In this document: positions 26,578 through 37,656 of the stretch, piece by piece | How the letters are laid out: the number at the start of each line of letters is the position of its first letter | How positions within the stretch are numbered: position 1 is the stretch's first letter | Assembly: GCA_050011565.1 (NCBI GenBank) | Contig: JBEKIW010000003.1 | Location: 28,137-92,136, forward strand | Source of the DNA: Dehalococcoidia bacterium | GTDB lineage: Bacteria > Chloroflexota > Dehalococcoidia > GIF9 > UBA5629 | DNA length: 64,000 nt | Reading direction: 5' to 3' | Made by a program: the position numbers and the translations under genes | Notes under the pieces: model-generated | The model's input: the letters and a program-made list of their open reading frames with translations, nothing else | Told to the model about the DNA's origin: nothing | The model's database searches: none

Positions 26578-28014
26578 CTACAGGCTTCGCTTCCAGATGG
26601 TGCCTTTGGGCGTGTCTTCGAGGGCAATTCCCAGCCCGGTGAGGCGCTGCCGCACCATATCGGCCAGCTGCCACTGCTTGGCTTTACGCAGCTTTTCACG
26701 GGTCTCAATCAGCAGCTGAATAAGCTGCGCGACCTCCATCTCAGAGTCGTGTTTTGGCGTCTGATTAAACTGGCTGCTGAGCTCGCTCAGGAGCGTAATA
26801 AAAGGTCCGGACTCGAGCGGCGGCTTCTTCGGCTCCTCCAGTGTGAAACCGAGCACCCCCATTAATTCTCTCAATGTATTCTGAGCCGCGGCTACATCGC
26901 ATTTCTCTTCACGTCCGCGGTTTATCTCTCTGGCCAGTTCGAACAGCGCCGCCAGTGCCTGCGCCGTGTTGAAGTCATCATCCATGCTGCCGGTAAACCG
27001 GCTTTTATACGGCTCAGCATCGAGGACGCTGCCGTCAGCCTTTCCGCCGTCTGTGGCAGCCTGTCGCAGCCTTTCCATGCCGGACTCGGCGGCTTTCACT
27101 ACTTCTTCACTGTAAGTCAGCGGGCTGCGGTAATGAGAGCTGAGTATAAACAGCCGGAGAGCGTCGGGGCTGTAGCGCTCCAGAGCCTGCTTTACGGTTA
27201 TCAGGTTGCCCAGCGACTTGCTCATCTTATTCTCACCCAATTGCAGCAGGCCGTTATGCAGCCAGTGCCGGACAAAGGGCACCACGCCGGTGAAGCTTTC
27301 GGACTGGGTTATCTCGTTCTCATGATGCGGAAATATAAGGTCCAGCCCGCCGCCATGTATGTCAAGGGTTTTGCCGAGGTATTTCAAGGCCATGGCGCTG
27401 CATTCTATATGCCACCCCGGCCTGCCCTGCCCCCAGGGACTCGGCCAGAAAGGCTCTCCCGGCTTGGCCGCCTTCCATAAGGCGAAGTCCAGCGGGAATT
27501 CCTTATCGCCCTCTTCAGCCGAACCGCGAGACAGCATGTCGTCCAGTTCCTGGCGGGACAGCTTGCCGTAGCCGGGGAAGTTTTTCACCCGGAAATAGAC
27601 GCTGCCTCCCGAGTCATAGGCAAATCCTTTGTCTATCAGTCCCTGTATGACTTCGATTATCTTGGGTATTTCCTCGGTCGCCCTGGGGTAGACGTGGGCG
27701 CGCATAATATTCAAAGCATCCATGTCTTTGAAATATTCGTTGATATATTTCTCAGCCAGCTCGGTTGAGGAAATCCCCAGCTGGTTGGCCCGGTTTATAA
27801 TCTTGTCATCGATATCGGTAAAGTTCTGGACATGCTTTACCTTGTAACCTCTAAACTCGAGATAGCGCCGGATGGCGTCGAATATAACGTAGCTCATGGC
27901 GTGCCCGATGTGGCATTCGTCATAAACGGTTACGCCGCAGATATACATATTTACCGTTTTTCCTTCGGGCTTAAACTCTGTTTTCTGCCCCGACAGCGTA
28001 TCAAATACTTTCAT
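26578..28014 (-). CDS. cysS: cysteine--tRNA ligase
   Basis: HIGHA and KMSKSLGN class I signature motifs. Confidence 0.92.
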   Translation of the reverse strand: MKVFDTLSGQKTEFKPEGKTVNMYICGVTVYDECHIGHAMSYVIFDAIRRYLEFRGYKVKHVQNFTDIDDKIINRANQLGISSTELAEKYINEYFKDMDALNIMRAHVYPRATEEIPKIIEVIQGLIDKGFAYDSGGSVYFRVKNFPGYGKLSRQELDDMLSRGSAEEGDKEFPLDFALWKAAKPGEPFWPSPWGQGRPGWHIECSAMALKYLGKTLDIHGGGLDLIFPHHENEITQSESFTGVVPFVRHWLHNGLLQLGENKMSKSLGNLITVKQALERYSPDALRLFILSSHYRSPLTYSEEVVKAAESGMERLRQAATDGGKADGSVLDAEPYKSRFTGSMDDDFNTAQALAALFELAREINRGREEKCDVAAAQNTLRELMGVLGFTLEEPKKPPLESGPFITLLSELSSQFNQTPKHDSEMEVAQLIQLLIETREKLRKAKQWQLADMVRQRLTGLGIALEDTPKGTIWKRSL

Positions 28015-28029
28015 TCGTTTCTCCGAAGG

Positions 28030-28686
28030 CTAACGTTTATTCGTTGGTCTCTTTTTGGGCTGCGTCTTTTTCAATGCACTCTCCAGCTCGGCAACCTTCT
28101 TTTCCAGGGCCTCGAGCTTTTCCCAGACCGGGTCAGGCAATTTCTCCACAGTTTCGGTATCAGGATTACGGACTTCAACCACGCGACCGGGAACACCGAC
28201 GACAGTGGCATGGGGCGGCACTGAGGTTACCACCACGGAACCGGCGCCAACTTTTACATTGTCGCCGATGGTGATAGCGCCGATAAGCTTCGACCCGGCA
28301 CCGACGACCACATTGTTGCCCAGCGTTGGATGCCGCTTCTTCTTCAGCAGGCTGGTACCGCCCAGGGTAACTCCCTGGTACAGGGCAACATTGTCCCCGA
28401 TTTCAGACGTCTCGCCGATGACCACGCCCATGCCGTGGTCGATAAAAAATCCCTCGCCGATTTGAGCACCGGGGTGTATTTCAATTCCGGTAAAAAAACG
28501 GCCCAGATGTGAAACAAAGCGAGGGAAAAAGGGTACATGCCAGTTCCATAGGGTGTGAGACAGGCGATGGAACTGCCGGGCATGAAAGCCGGGATAAGCA
28601 AAAAAGATTTCCCAGGCATTTTTAGCCGCCGGGTCATGCTCGTAGACCGCCTGTACGTCCCTGCGAATACTTCTGTATAGATTCAT
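28030..28686 (-). CDS. cysE: serine O-acetyltransferase
   Basis: Hexapeptide repeats [24 protein letters not shown]. Located 15 nt upstream of cysS. Confidence 0.88.
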   Translation of the reverse strand: MNLYRSIRRDVQAVYEHDPAAKNAWEIFFAYPGFHARQFHRLSHTLWNWHVPFFPRFVSHLGRFFTGIEIHPGAQIGEGFFIDHGMGVVIGETSEIGDNVALYQGVTLGGTSLLKKKRHPTLGNNVVVGAGSKLIGAITIGDNVKVGAGSVVVTSVPPHATVVGVPGRVVEVRNPDTETVEKLPDPVWEKLEALEKKVAELESALKKTQPKKRPTNKR

Positions 28687-28711
28687 TAAATTTTCCTATT
28701 CACCTGTCTGT

Positions 28712-28852
28712 TAGAGTGAGCGGGAAAATCCCCCTTAATCCCCCTTTTTCAAAGGGGGAAACAAACCTCTCCCTTTCGTAAAGGGAGATTGAGAGGGATT
28801 TTTCTCAAGTCTCACCCTCACCTTAATCCTCTCCCGTCAAGGGAGAGGGAAT
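28712..28852. repeat. family B hairpin-module repeat followed by family A-like modules
   Basis: aatcccccttaatccccctttttcaaaggggga..ctctccctttcgtaaagggagattgagagggattttt, then tctcaccctcacc and ctctcccgtcaagggagaggg. Confidence 0.75.
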
Positions 28853-28875
28853 AGATTATGACAGTTTGAAATAGT

Positions 28876-29349
28876 TTATTTCTCCTCCACCAGGGCCACG
28901 GCGTAGGCAGCCATACCCTCTCCTCTGCCGGCAAAACCCAAACCATCTGTGGTTGTCGCCTTGACCATCACCTGTTCCAAATTGATACCCAGTCTCCGGC
29001 TGATGAGGCGGCGCATGTCCTCGATGAAAGGCGATATTTTGGGCTGCTGGGCGACGATAACCACGTCTAGGTTTACCACGACAAGACCTTTATCCCAGAG
29101 TAGCTTATTGACCTCATCCAGCAAAACCAGGCTGGAAATATCTTTATATTTAGGGTCTTCCGGTGGGAACTGGCTGCCGATATCCCGCAGTCCGGCGGCG
29201 CCGAGCAGAGCGTCCATAATAGCGTGGGTCAACACGTCGGCGTCGCTGTGGCCGGATAGCCCTTTATCAAACGGAACCTCCACTCCGCCCAGAATTAACC
29301 TTCGCCCGGTTACCAGCTTATGTACGTCGTACCCAATTCCGGCTCGCAT
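28876..29349 (-). CDS. ispF: 2-C-methyl-D-erythritol 2,4-cyclodiphosphate synthase
   Basis: MRAGIGYDVHKL..GHSDADV motifs. ATG 29349 lies immediately after the ispD stop. Confidence 0.9.
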   Translation of the reverse strand: MRAGIGYDVHKLVTGRRLILGGVEVPFDKGLSGHSDADVLTHAIMDALLGAAGLRDIGSQFPPEDPKYKDISSLVLLDEVNKLLWDKGLVVVNLDVVIVAQQPKISPFIEDMRRLISRRLGINLEQVMVKATTTDGLGFAGRGEGMAAYAVALVEEK

Positions 29350-29350
29350 G

Positions 29351-30031
29351 CTATTTCTTCCCGGCAATAAGCTCAGCTAAAGCCAGGTCCTCTGGAGTGG
29401 TTATCTTTATGTTGTTATAAGAACCCATATAGAGCCTTACCTTGCGTCCCAGATGCTCGACCATACTGGCATCATCGGTAACATCCTCTTTTACCTGCTC
29501 ATGAGCTTCAGCTATTATATCAAAGCGGAAAATCTGTGGCGTCTGCACCGCCCACAATTCCTGGCGATTGAGCGTTCTGCTGACCATCATGTCGCTGCCG
29601 CCTAGTTTAACGGTATCCTTAATGGGAACCGCGGCCACTGCTGCCCCTGTTGCCTGAGCCGCGTCCAGACCGTCACCAATTAAGTCTGCGGTTAAGAAGG
29701 GACGGGCGCCGTCATGAATTATTATCCAGTCGCAATCCTCAAGCTCATTCAGCCCCTGTCTGACCGAGTCCTGCCTCCGCTTGCCGCCGGCACATATCTC
29801 CACTACCTTTGACCAGCTCCTGTCTTTAGCCAGTCCACGCCCTAAGTCCAGTTTGGTCTCATTCAGAACGATGGCTATCTGGTCGACCAGTTTGCAACTT
29901 TGGCAGAAATCAACCGACCAGGCCAGCAAAGGTTTCCCAGCCAGAGACATAAAAACTTTGTCCCTGCCCATGCGCCGGCTGCTGCCGGCGCCGACAATAA
30001 CAATTCCCGTTTTAGGCTTGCGGCTCTTCAT
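29351..30031 (-). CDS. ispD: 2-C-methyl-D-erythritol 4-phosphate cytidylyltransferase
   Basis: VIVGAGSSRRMG..DKVF motif and IHDGARP. Confidence 0.9.
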   Translation of the reverse strand: MKSRKPKTGIVIVGAGSSRRMGRDKVFMSLAGKPLLAWSVDFCQSCKLVDQIAIVLNETKLDLGRGLAKDRSWSKVVEICAGGKRRQDSVRQGLNELEDCDWIIIHDGARPFLTADLIGDGLDAAQATGAAVAAVPIKDTVKLGGSDMMVSRTLNRQELWAVQTPQIFRFDIIAEAHEQVKEDVTDDASMVEHLGRKVRLYMGSYNNIKITTPEDLALAELIAGKK

Positions 30032-31436
30032 TTGATTCCGACTTCTTCTGTGGCCTGATAAGGCCCAGCCTGAGCGCTTGAGCTACCGTACTTGCGGTCA
30101 ATAACTCAACACCTTTCACCTGGAACGAGGGCTTGGATGCAGTCTCAGGTATGAGGCAACGCTTAAAACCCAGCCTGGCGGTTTCGGCAAGCCGTCTTTC
30201 CATCTGCGGCACCGGCCTTAGCTCACCGCTGAGCCCGACCTCACCCAGAGCCACAAGGCCCTGGGCAACCCGGGCATCCCGGTGACTTGAGGCAATTGCC
30301 AGCGCGATACCCAAATCCGCGGCCGGCTCGCCGATATGCATACCGCCGATAACATTGGTTATGATATCCTGATTGGACAGATTGATACCGGCGCGTCGGC
30401 TAAGCACCGCCGCTATCAGGAGCAGCCGGTTGAAGTCGACTCCGTTAGCTATGCGGCGCGGGGGACCGAAGCCGGTCATGGTCGTTAACGCCTGAATTTC
30501 CACCAGCAGCGGGCGGCTGCCCTCGAAGGTGGGCACTACCATCGAGCCTACCGCGCCGTCGCGATGGGACGCCAGAAAAGCTTCCGATGGATTAGCCACC
30601 TCTATTAAACCGCCGCCGCTCATCTCGAAAACACCGACCTCGTTGGTGGAGCCGAAGCGGTTCTTGGTGCTTCTCAATATCCGGTAGCTGGAGAAGGTCT
30701 CGCCCTCCAGATAAAGGACTACGTCGACAATGTGCTCCAATACCCTGGGTCCGGCAATGGCGCCGTCTTTGGTTACATGCCCGGTGATAAGGACGGGAAT
30801 ACCGGCTCGCTTGGCCCAGCGCATAAGTCTCAAGGTGCATTCACGTATCTGGCCGACGCTGCCCGAGGCACCGGTTAAGTCCTCGATATATACGGTCTGT
30901 ATGGAATCCACAACCACCAGATTCGGTGACAGCTCGCCCAAGCGTCCCAGGATAACCTCGAGGTTAGTCTCCGGCAGCAGGTAAAGCCTGTCGCCGGCCA
31001 CTCCCAGACGCTCCGACCTCAGCTTTATCTGGTGGGCTGACTCCTCGCCGGAAACATATACCACCCTGCCTCCAGCCTTAGCCACTGCCGCCGAAGCCTG
31101 TAACAGCAGTGTGGACTTTCCGATGCCCGGGTCGCCGCCGACAAGGACTAAAGAACCCGTTACCATTCCGCCACCGAGCACGCGGTTGAACTCAGTAAAC
31201 GGGAAGCTCAGCCGGGGATGGGTCTCAGTTTTCAGCTTGGAAAGCTCCTGAGGAGCGTTCTCTTCTGAAGGCAGCCAGGTCGTGGCTTCAGTGGTGACGG
31301 TGACAACGGTTTCTACGAAGCTATTCCATTCTCGGCAGCCGGGGCAGCGACCTAACCACTTAGGACTTTCTTTACCGCACTGCTGGCAAACAAAGACGCT
31401 TTTAGACTTAGGCTTAGTCAAATTACCGGACCTCAA
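30012..31436 (-). CDS. radA: DNA repair protein RadA
   Basis: N-terminal zinc finger CQQCG..x..CPGC, Walker A GDPGIGKST, KNRFG motif and a Lon-like C-terminal domain. Confidence 0.92.
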   Translation of the reverse strand: MRSGNLTKPKSKSVFVCQQCGKESPKWLGRCPGCREWNSFVETVVTVTTEATTWLPSEENAPQELSKLKTETHPRLSFPFTEFNRVLGGGMVTGSLVLVGGDPGIGKSTLLLQASAAVAKAGGRVVYVSGEESAHQIKLRSERLGVAGDRLYLLPETNLEVILGRLGELSPNLVVVDSIQTVYIEDLTGASGSVGQIRECTLRLMRWAKRAGIPVLITGHVTKDGAIAGPRVLEHIVDVVLYLEGETFSSYRILRSTKNRFGSTNEVGVFEMSGGGLIEVANPSEAFLASHRDGAVGSMVVPTFEGSRPLLVEIQALTTMTGFGPPRRIANGVDFNRLLLIAAVLSRRAGINLSNQDIITNVIGGMHIGEPAADLGIALAIASSHRDARVAQGLVALGEVGLSGELRPVPQMERRLAETARLGFKRCLIPETASKPSFQVKGVELLTASTVAQALRLGLIRPQKKSESNEEPQA

Positions 31437-31524
31437 TTAATCTGGAACCACCATATTATATCTTTTACTGCTATTGGGAGACACCCTTCCGCGGAAAAAT
31501 ACCGCGGCAACCTCACTTTTCCCG

Positions 31525-31658
31525 CATTGTCATTGCGAGGCACGAAGTGCCGTGGCAATCTCGGTGGTGAGCAATGAGATTGCCACGCGGAGTTTATCCT
31601 GAGCGGAGATTCTTCGCTTCGCTCAGAATGACAGTTGCGAAGGGCTCGCAAAGACATG
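31525..31658. repeat. family C intergenic repeat (cattgcgag..gcaatc and gagattcttcgcttcgctcag modules)
   Basis: Hairpin ccgtggcaatctc/gagattgccacgcgg. The module gagattcttcgcttcgctcagaatgacag..gcgaag.gctc also occurs at 61361-61417, 47706-47733 (partial) and 8832-8865 (inverted). Confidence 0.7.
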
Positions 31659-31706
31659 CTGAGCTGCCAAAATACCCCCAAATAACTATACGTAAGCAAA
31701 AGGATA

Positions 31707-31745
31707 TTAAAAAGGGCGGGGTTAATCTATGCTAAGCCCCGCCCT
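31707..31745 (-). terminator. rho-independent terminator downstream of clpC
   Basis: On the minus strand, GGGCGGGG-loop-CCCCGCCC is followed by TTTTT. Confidence 0.6.
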
Positions 31746-31784
31746 GAGTAGAATCAGACTATCGATAAGCCGAAATCAAAAGGT

Positions 31785-34268
<2,484 letters not shown>

Positions 34269-34315
34269 ATCTATCCTTGTTCTTCATGCTTTGCTCTCTG
34301 GGTGTGTTTAGTTGA

Positions 34316-34344
34316 ATTATAGGACGTTTAATTTGGTGTGTCAA
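34316..34344 (-). promoter_or_regulatory. perfect-consensus sigma70 promoter for clpC
   Basis: The minus strand reads TTGACA-caccaaattaaacgtcc(17)-TATAAT. The -10 box ends about 47 nt upstream of the clpC ATG. Confidence 0.55.
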
Positions 34345-34411
34345 AGCTTCGGGATATTTGGGATATTGAGTGTTGCAGTTAGAATTCCTGATTTCAGGGA
34401 ACTTAGAGAAA

Positions 34412-34532
34412 CCCCCTGGCAGTGGCATATTTTCCCAAAGAGTTGCCTCCCTAGTATCGTCTGCGCTGAGGCGTTTCACTGCCGTGTTCGGGATGGGAAC
34501 GGGTGGTGCCACCTCGCTCTAACCACCAGAGG
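34412..34532 (-). rRNA. rrf: 5S ribosomal RNA
   Basis: The minus strand reads CCTCTGGTGGTTAGAGCGAGGTGGCACCACCCGTTCCCATCCCGAACACGGCAGTGAAACGCCTCAGCGCAGACGATACT...ACTGCCAGGGG. It contains the universal CCGAAC and AGTGAAAC elements, and the termini form an 11-bp helix I. Confidence 0.9.
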
Positions 34533-34547
34533 ATTCAATCTGGAAAT

Positions 34548-34576
34548 AATATACAGCTAAAAGGCATTTTTGTCAA
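34548..34576 (-). promoter_or_regulatory. dedicated promoter for the 5S rRNA gene
   Basis: The minus strand reads TTGACA-aaaatgccttttagctg(17)-TATATT. The -10 box ends about 15 nt upstream of the mature 5S 5' end. Confidence 0.5.
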
Positions 34577-34654
34577 ATGTAGCTTCGACTTGACGATAAA
34601 GACAGCCGATGCTATTCTTATGGTCAAACCCGAAACTCTAAGCGAGGTATAGAA

Positions 34655-34990
34655 TTGAATTACGAACGTGAATTACTCAAAGGCAGCACTGACAGTTTGC
34701 TTCTCAGTTTGATTAATCGCCAGACGACTTATGGTTATAAAATCATAAAAGAGCTGGAAAAAAGAAGCAACGGCTATTTCCAGTTCAAGGAAGGTACTCT
34801 GTATCCGGCTTTGCACCGACTGGAAAAAGCCGGGCTTCTGCAGGGTAAATGGCAACGACTGCCCGGCGGCCAGGAAAGGCGCTACTACTACATCACACCG
34901 AAGGGGCAAAAGGCGCTGGCTGAAAGGCTGGCTGTGTGGCAGGACTTTTCCACCGCCGTGGCTTTAATCGTACAACCAACAATCGGTTAA
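34655..34990 (+). CDS. PadR-family transcriptional regulator
   Basis: LLLSLI...TYGYKIIKELE...FKEGTLYPALHRLEKAGLL winged-helix signature. TTG start with a GAGG SD. Confidence 0.85.
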   Translation: MNYERELLKGSTDSLLLSLINRQTTYGYKIIKELEKRSNGYFQFKEGTLYPALHRLEKAGLLQGKWQRLPGGQERRYYYITPKGQKALAERLAVWQDFSTAVALIVQPTIG

Positions 34991-34995
34991 CGGCA

Positions 34996-35937
34996 ATGCC
35001 GGCTAACTCTAATTACACCGACAGGGTCAAAAGCCATCTAAGGCTTGATACCACTATCGAAAGCGATGTGGTACGTGAAATACGTACACACCTTGAAGAC
35101 AAAAGACACGAATTAATAGAATCAGGAATCTCCGAAAGACAGGCAACCGCTATCGCCACCAGGGTCATGGGTTCCCCCGAACTTGTGGCCCGCCAAATAT
35201 ACGAAGTATACAGTCAGGGAAGCTGGCTTCAAGCTATCTTCGCCGCTTTGCCCCATCTACTGGTTGCAGCATTTTTCGCTCTGCACTGGTGGCAAAACAC
35301 CTTCTGGCTGCTAGGAATCTTAATTGCCGTTGTTGGCACGGTGCTTTATGGCTGGTTTCACGGCAAGCCGGCATGGCTTTTCCCCTGGCTGGGCTACTGC
35401 CTGCTGCCGGTGATGGCCGTTGGCATTCTACTTATATATTTACCCGGTGGTTGGGCCTGGCTGGCTGCCTCTGCCTACATTCCCCTGGCTCTCATAATCA
35501 TATTCTCGGTAACCAAAAAAATTACCAGAAAAGACTGGGTATTTGCCTCAGTAATGTTGCTTCCCATACCCATAATGCTGGGCTGGATTCTGGCGCTGTG
35601 GATGCTGGCGCTGGAACGTCAGAATGGTTTTTTATCTCACGAGCAGCTTTATGAGTTTGCCCCTCTGATCGCATTAAGCTTCGCAGCACTGGCGCTGACC
35701 GTGGCCGCATTCATTCGCGTCAGGCAGCGCTGGGCCAAAGTTGGCGTTCTATTGACGCTGGAAATATTCGTCTTAGTCATAGTGGCTTTGGGCGGCAAGA
35801 GCTCAATTAACCTGGGCGGCTGGGTGGGCCTTGTTTTGCTAGCCGTAATACTTCTGCTCGGCCCGGCACTGCTGGAGCGAAAGATAAGACAGGATGAGCA
35901 CAAACCGCTAAATTTATACCGAAAATCCGCTCGCTGA
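34996..35937 (+). CDS. PadR-associated polytopic membrane protein (DUF1700-like N-terminal helix)
   Basis: N-terminal cytoplasmic helix (HLEDKRHELIESGISERQA..MGSPE) followed by about 7 TM helices. ATG 34996 lies just after the PadR stop. Confidence 0.65.
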   Translation: MPANSNYTDRVKSHLRLDTTIESDVVREIRTHLEDKRHELIESGISERQATAIATRVMGSPELVARQIYEVYSQGSWLQAIFAALPHLLVAAFFALHWWQNTFWLLGILIAVVGTVLYGWFHGKPAWLFPWLGYCLLPVMAVGILLIYLPGGWAWLAASAYIPLALIIIFSVTKKITRKDWVFASVMLLPIPIMLGWILALWMLALERQNGFLSHEQLYEFAPLIALSFAALALTVAAFIRVRQRWAKVGVLLTLEIFVLVIVALGGKSSINLGGWVGLVLLAVILLLGPALLERKIRQDEHKPLNLYRKSAR

Positions 35938-36033
35938 TTTTTGACAGGCCCGCCAAGACCGACTAGCAAGAAAAGCGATACTCTATCTCCAAAAGCCGCG
36001 TTTCAATTGCCTGGCTTCTTTTTCCATTGCCTC

Positions 36034-36437
36034 TCAATAAACCTGATATTTAATATCAGGTGGATATACCATCGCCCAGGCACAACCCTGCCTCACCATC
36101 TCAGCATTGATAAATGTATCGCCAACGAAGACGTAGCGCAGTAATCTTCCATATTTGTCTTTGTCCGTAATATCGCTTTCCAGCCTGACTTCCTGGCCGC
36201 CGACCAGGTCTGTATTCATCTGCGTAGCCTCTGAATAATAGAATTCATCCGTCTCAGGCGAGTCGATACCTATGTAGCGCACGTGATAACCACCCTCAAT
36301 AACTATGGTATCGCCGTCGATAACTCTGACCACCGTTACGGTTTCAGAGGGCTGCTTGCAGGCTAATGGCAGCAATAACAGGACTGAAAGGAACAGGACC
36401 GTTAAACTGTTTCTAAAGCTAATCACCAAAATATATA
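36034..36437 (-). CDS. thermonuclease (SNase-like) family lipoprotein
   Basis: VIDGDTI..VRYIGIDSPE..YGRLLRYV motifs and a lipobox-like LLPLAC. The start is uncertain: GTG 36437 is preferred over the ORF-track 36519, which overlaps ruvB by 65 nt. Confidence 0.7.
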
Positions 36438-36454
36438 TAAGCTGCCGGTAAGTT

Positions 36455-37495
36455 TCACCAGAGGCTTGCCTGAGGTGATTGTCCCTTCTTGTATGCCACT
36501 CCCAGATGCTCGCAGGCAAGCCGGGTAGCTACTCTACCGCGAGGTGTGCGCTCCAGGAATCCCAATTGGAGAAGATAGGGCTCGTAAACATCCATAATAG
36601 TATCCGCTTCTTCGCTGATAGACGCGGCGATGGTCTCCAGCCCGACAGGCCCGCCATCGAATTTTTCAATTATAGTGCGCATAACCTTATGGTCTATCTC
36701 ATCCAGTCCGATAGGGTCTATCTCCAGTTTGGAAAGCGCCTCAATGGCAACAGATTCGGTAATTACACCGTCTGCCTTTACCTGGGCATAGTCTCTCACT
36801 CGTTTAAGCAGCCTGTTAGCTACGCGCGGTGTTCCTCGTGCCCGGCAGGCAATCTGGCTGATGCCAGGCTCATCAATGACTATCTTAAGTATGGCGGCTG
36901 AACGTTTTAAGATAGCCTCTATAGCCGGCTCATCGTAGAAATCAAGGCGGTAAACGGCCCCGAACCTGTCCCTCAGCGGCGGACTCAGCAGTGCAAAGCG
37001 TGTGGTCGCTCCAATTAAAGTGAAACGAGGCAGGCTTAAACGTAAACTCCTGGCACCCGGTCCTTTACCGAGAATAATGTCAATGGCAAAATCTTCCATG
37101 GCCGGATAAAGTATCTCTTCTACCGGGCGGCTGAGTCGGTGTATCTCGTCAATAAAAAAACCATCGTTTTTTTGGAGATTAGTCAGTATAGATGCCAGGT
37201 CGCCGGGACGCTCTATTGCCGGGCCGGAGCTTATCCTGATGTTGACGCCCATTTCGGCGGCGATGATGAAGGCTAATGTGGTTTTTCCTAAACCCGGCGG
37301 CCCATAAAGAAGGACATGGTCCAAAGGCTCTCCACGTTTCTTAGCTGCGGCAATCGCTATCTCGAGATTACCCTTGACCTTTTCTTGCCCGATGAAATCG
37401 CTTAGACGCCTGGGACGAAGGTTAGTATCCAGGGAAACATCGTCAACGCTGGGCTTACCTGAAACTATCCGTGTCTTTATTTCCTTCTCTTTCAT
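36455..37495 (-). CDS. ruvB: Holliday junction branch migration helicase RuvB
   Basis: [23 protein letters not shown] and DEIHRL motifs. Confidence 0.93.
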   Translation of the reverse strand: MKEKEIKTRIVSGKPSVDDVSLDTNLRPRRLSDFIGQEKVKGNLEIAIAAAKKRGEPLDHVLLYGPPGLGKTTLAFIIAAEMGVNIRISSGPAIERPGDLASILTNLQKNDGFFIDEIHRLSRPVEEILYPAMEDFAIDIILGKGPGARSLRLSLPRFTLIGATTRFALLSPPLRDRFGAVYRLDFYDEPAIEAILKRSAAILKIVIDEPGISQIACRARGTPRVANRLLKRVRDYAQVKADGVITESVAIEALSKLEIDPIGLDEIDHKVMRTIIEKFDGGPVGLETIAASISEEADTIMDVYEPYLLQLGFLERTPRGRVATRLACEHLGVAYKKGQSPQASLW

Positions 37496-37571
37496 CGCTC
37501 AGGAAGCCATCCAAAACTTAATTGAAATTATATCATATCGAGTTTCAGCAAACTAAAGAATGGCAACCAAT

Positions 37572-37604
37572 AAAAAAATCCTCGCCGGCCGACGAGGATT
37601 TTCC
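37572..37604 (-). terminator. rho-independent terminator downstream of rpoC
   Basis: The minus strand reads AATCCTCG-tcggccgg-CGAGGATT followed by a T-run. Confidence 0.6.
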
Positions 37605-37656
37605 ATATAACAAGAACTGTAATTTAATTTTCGCTATGCCCGGCCTCTGGCTCAGG

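Noticed and set aside
26500-26865. A 121-aa plus-strand ORF
   Set aside because: It starts inside the family B repeat and then runs antisense to the well-supported cysS gene.
28687-28875. T-box leader searched for upstream of cysE-cysS, and also upstream of glyQS (57204-57267)
   Set aside because: The cysE upstream region is fully explained by repeat modules. The glyQS leader is too short. No T-box consensus was seen.
31433-31699. An 88-aa minus-strand ORF upstream of radA
   Set aside because: It is made of family C repeat modules (HSERSEESPL-type translation) and has no SD.
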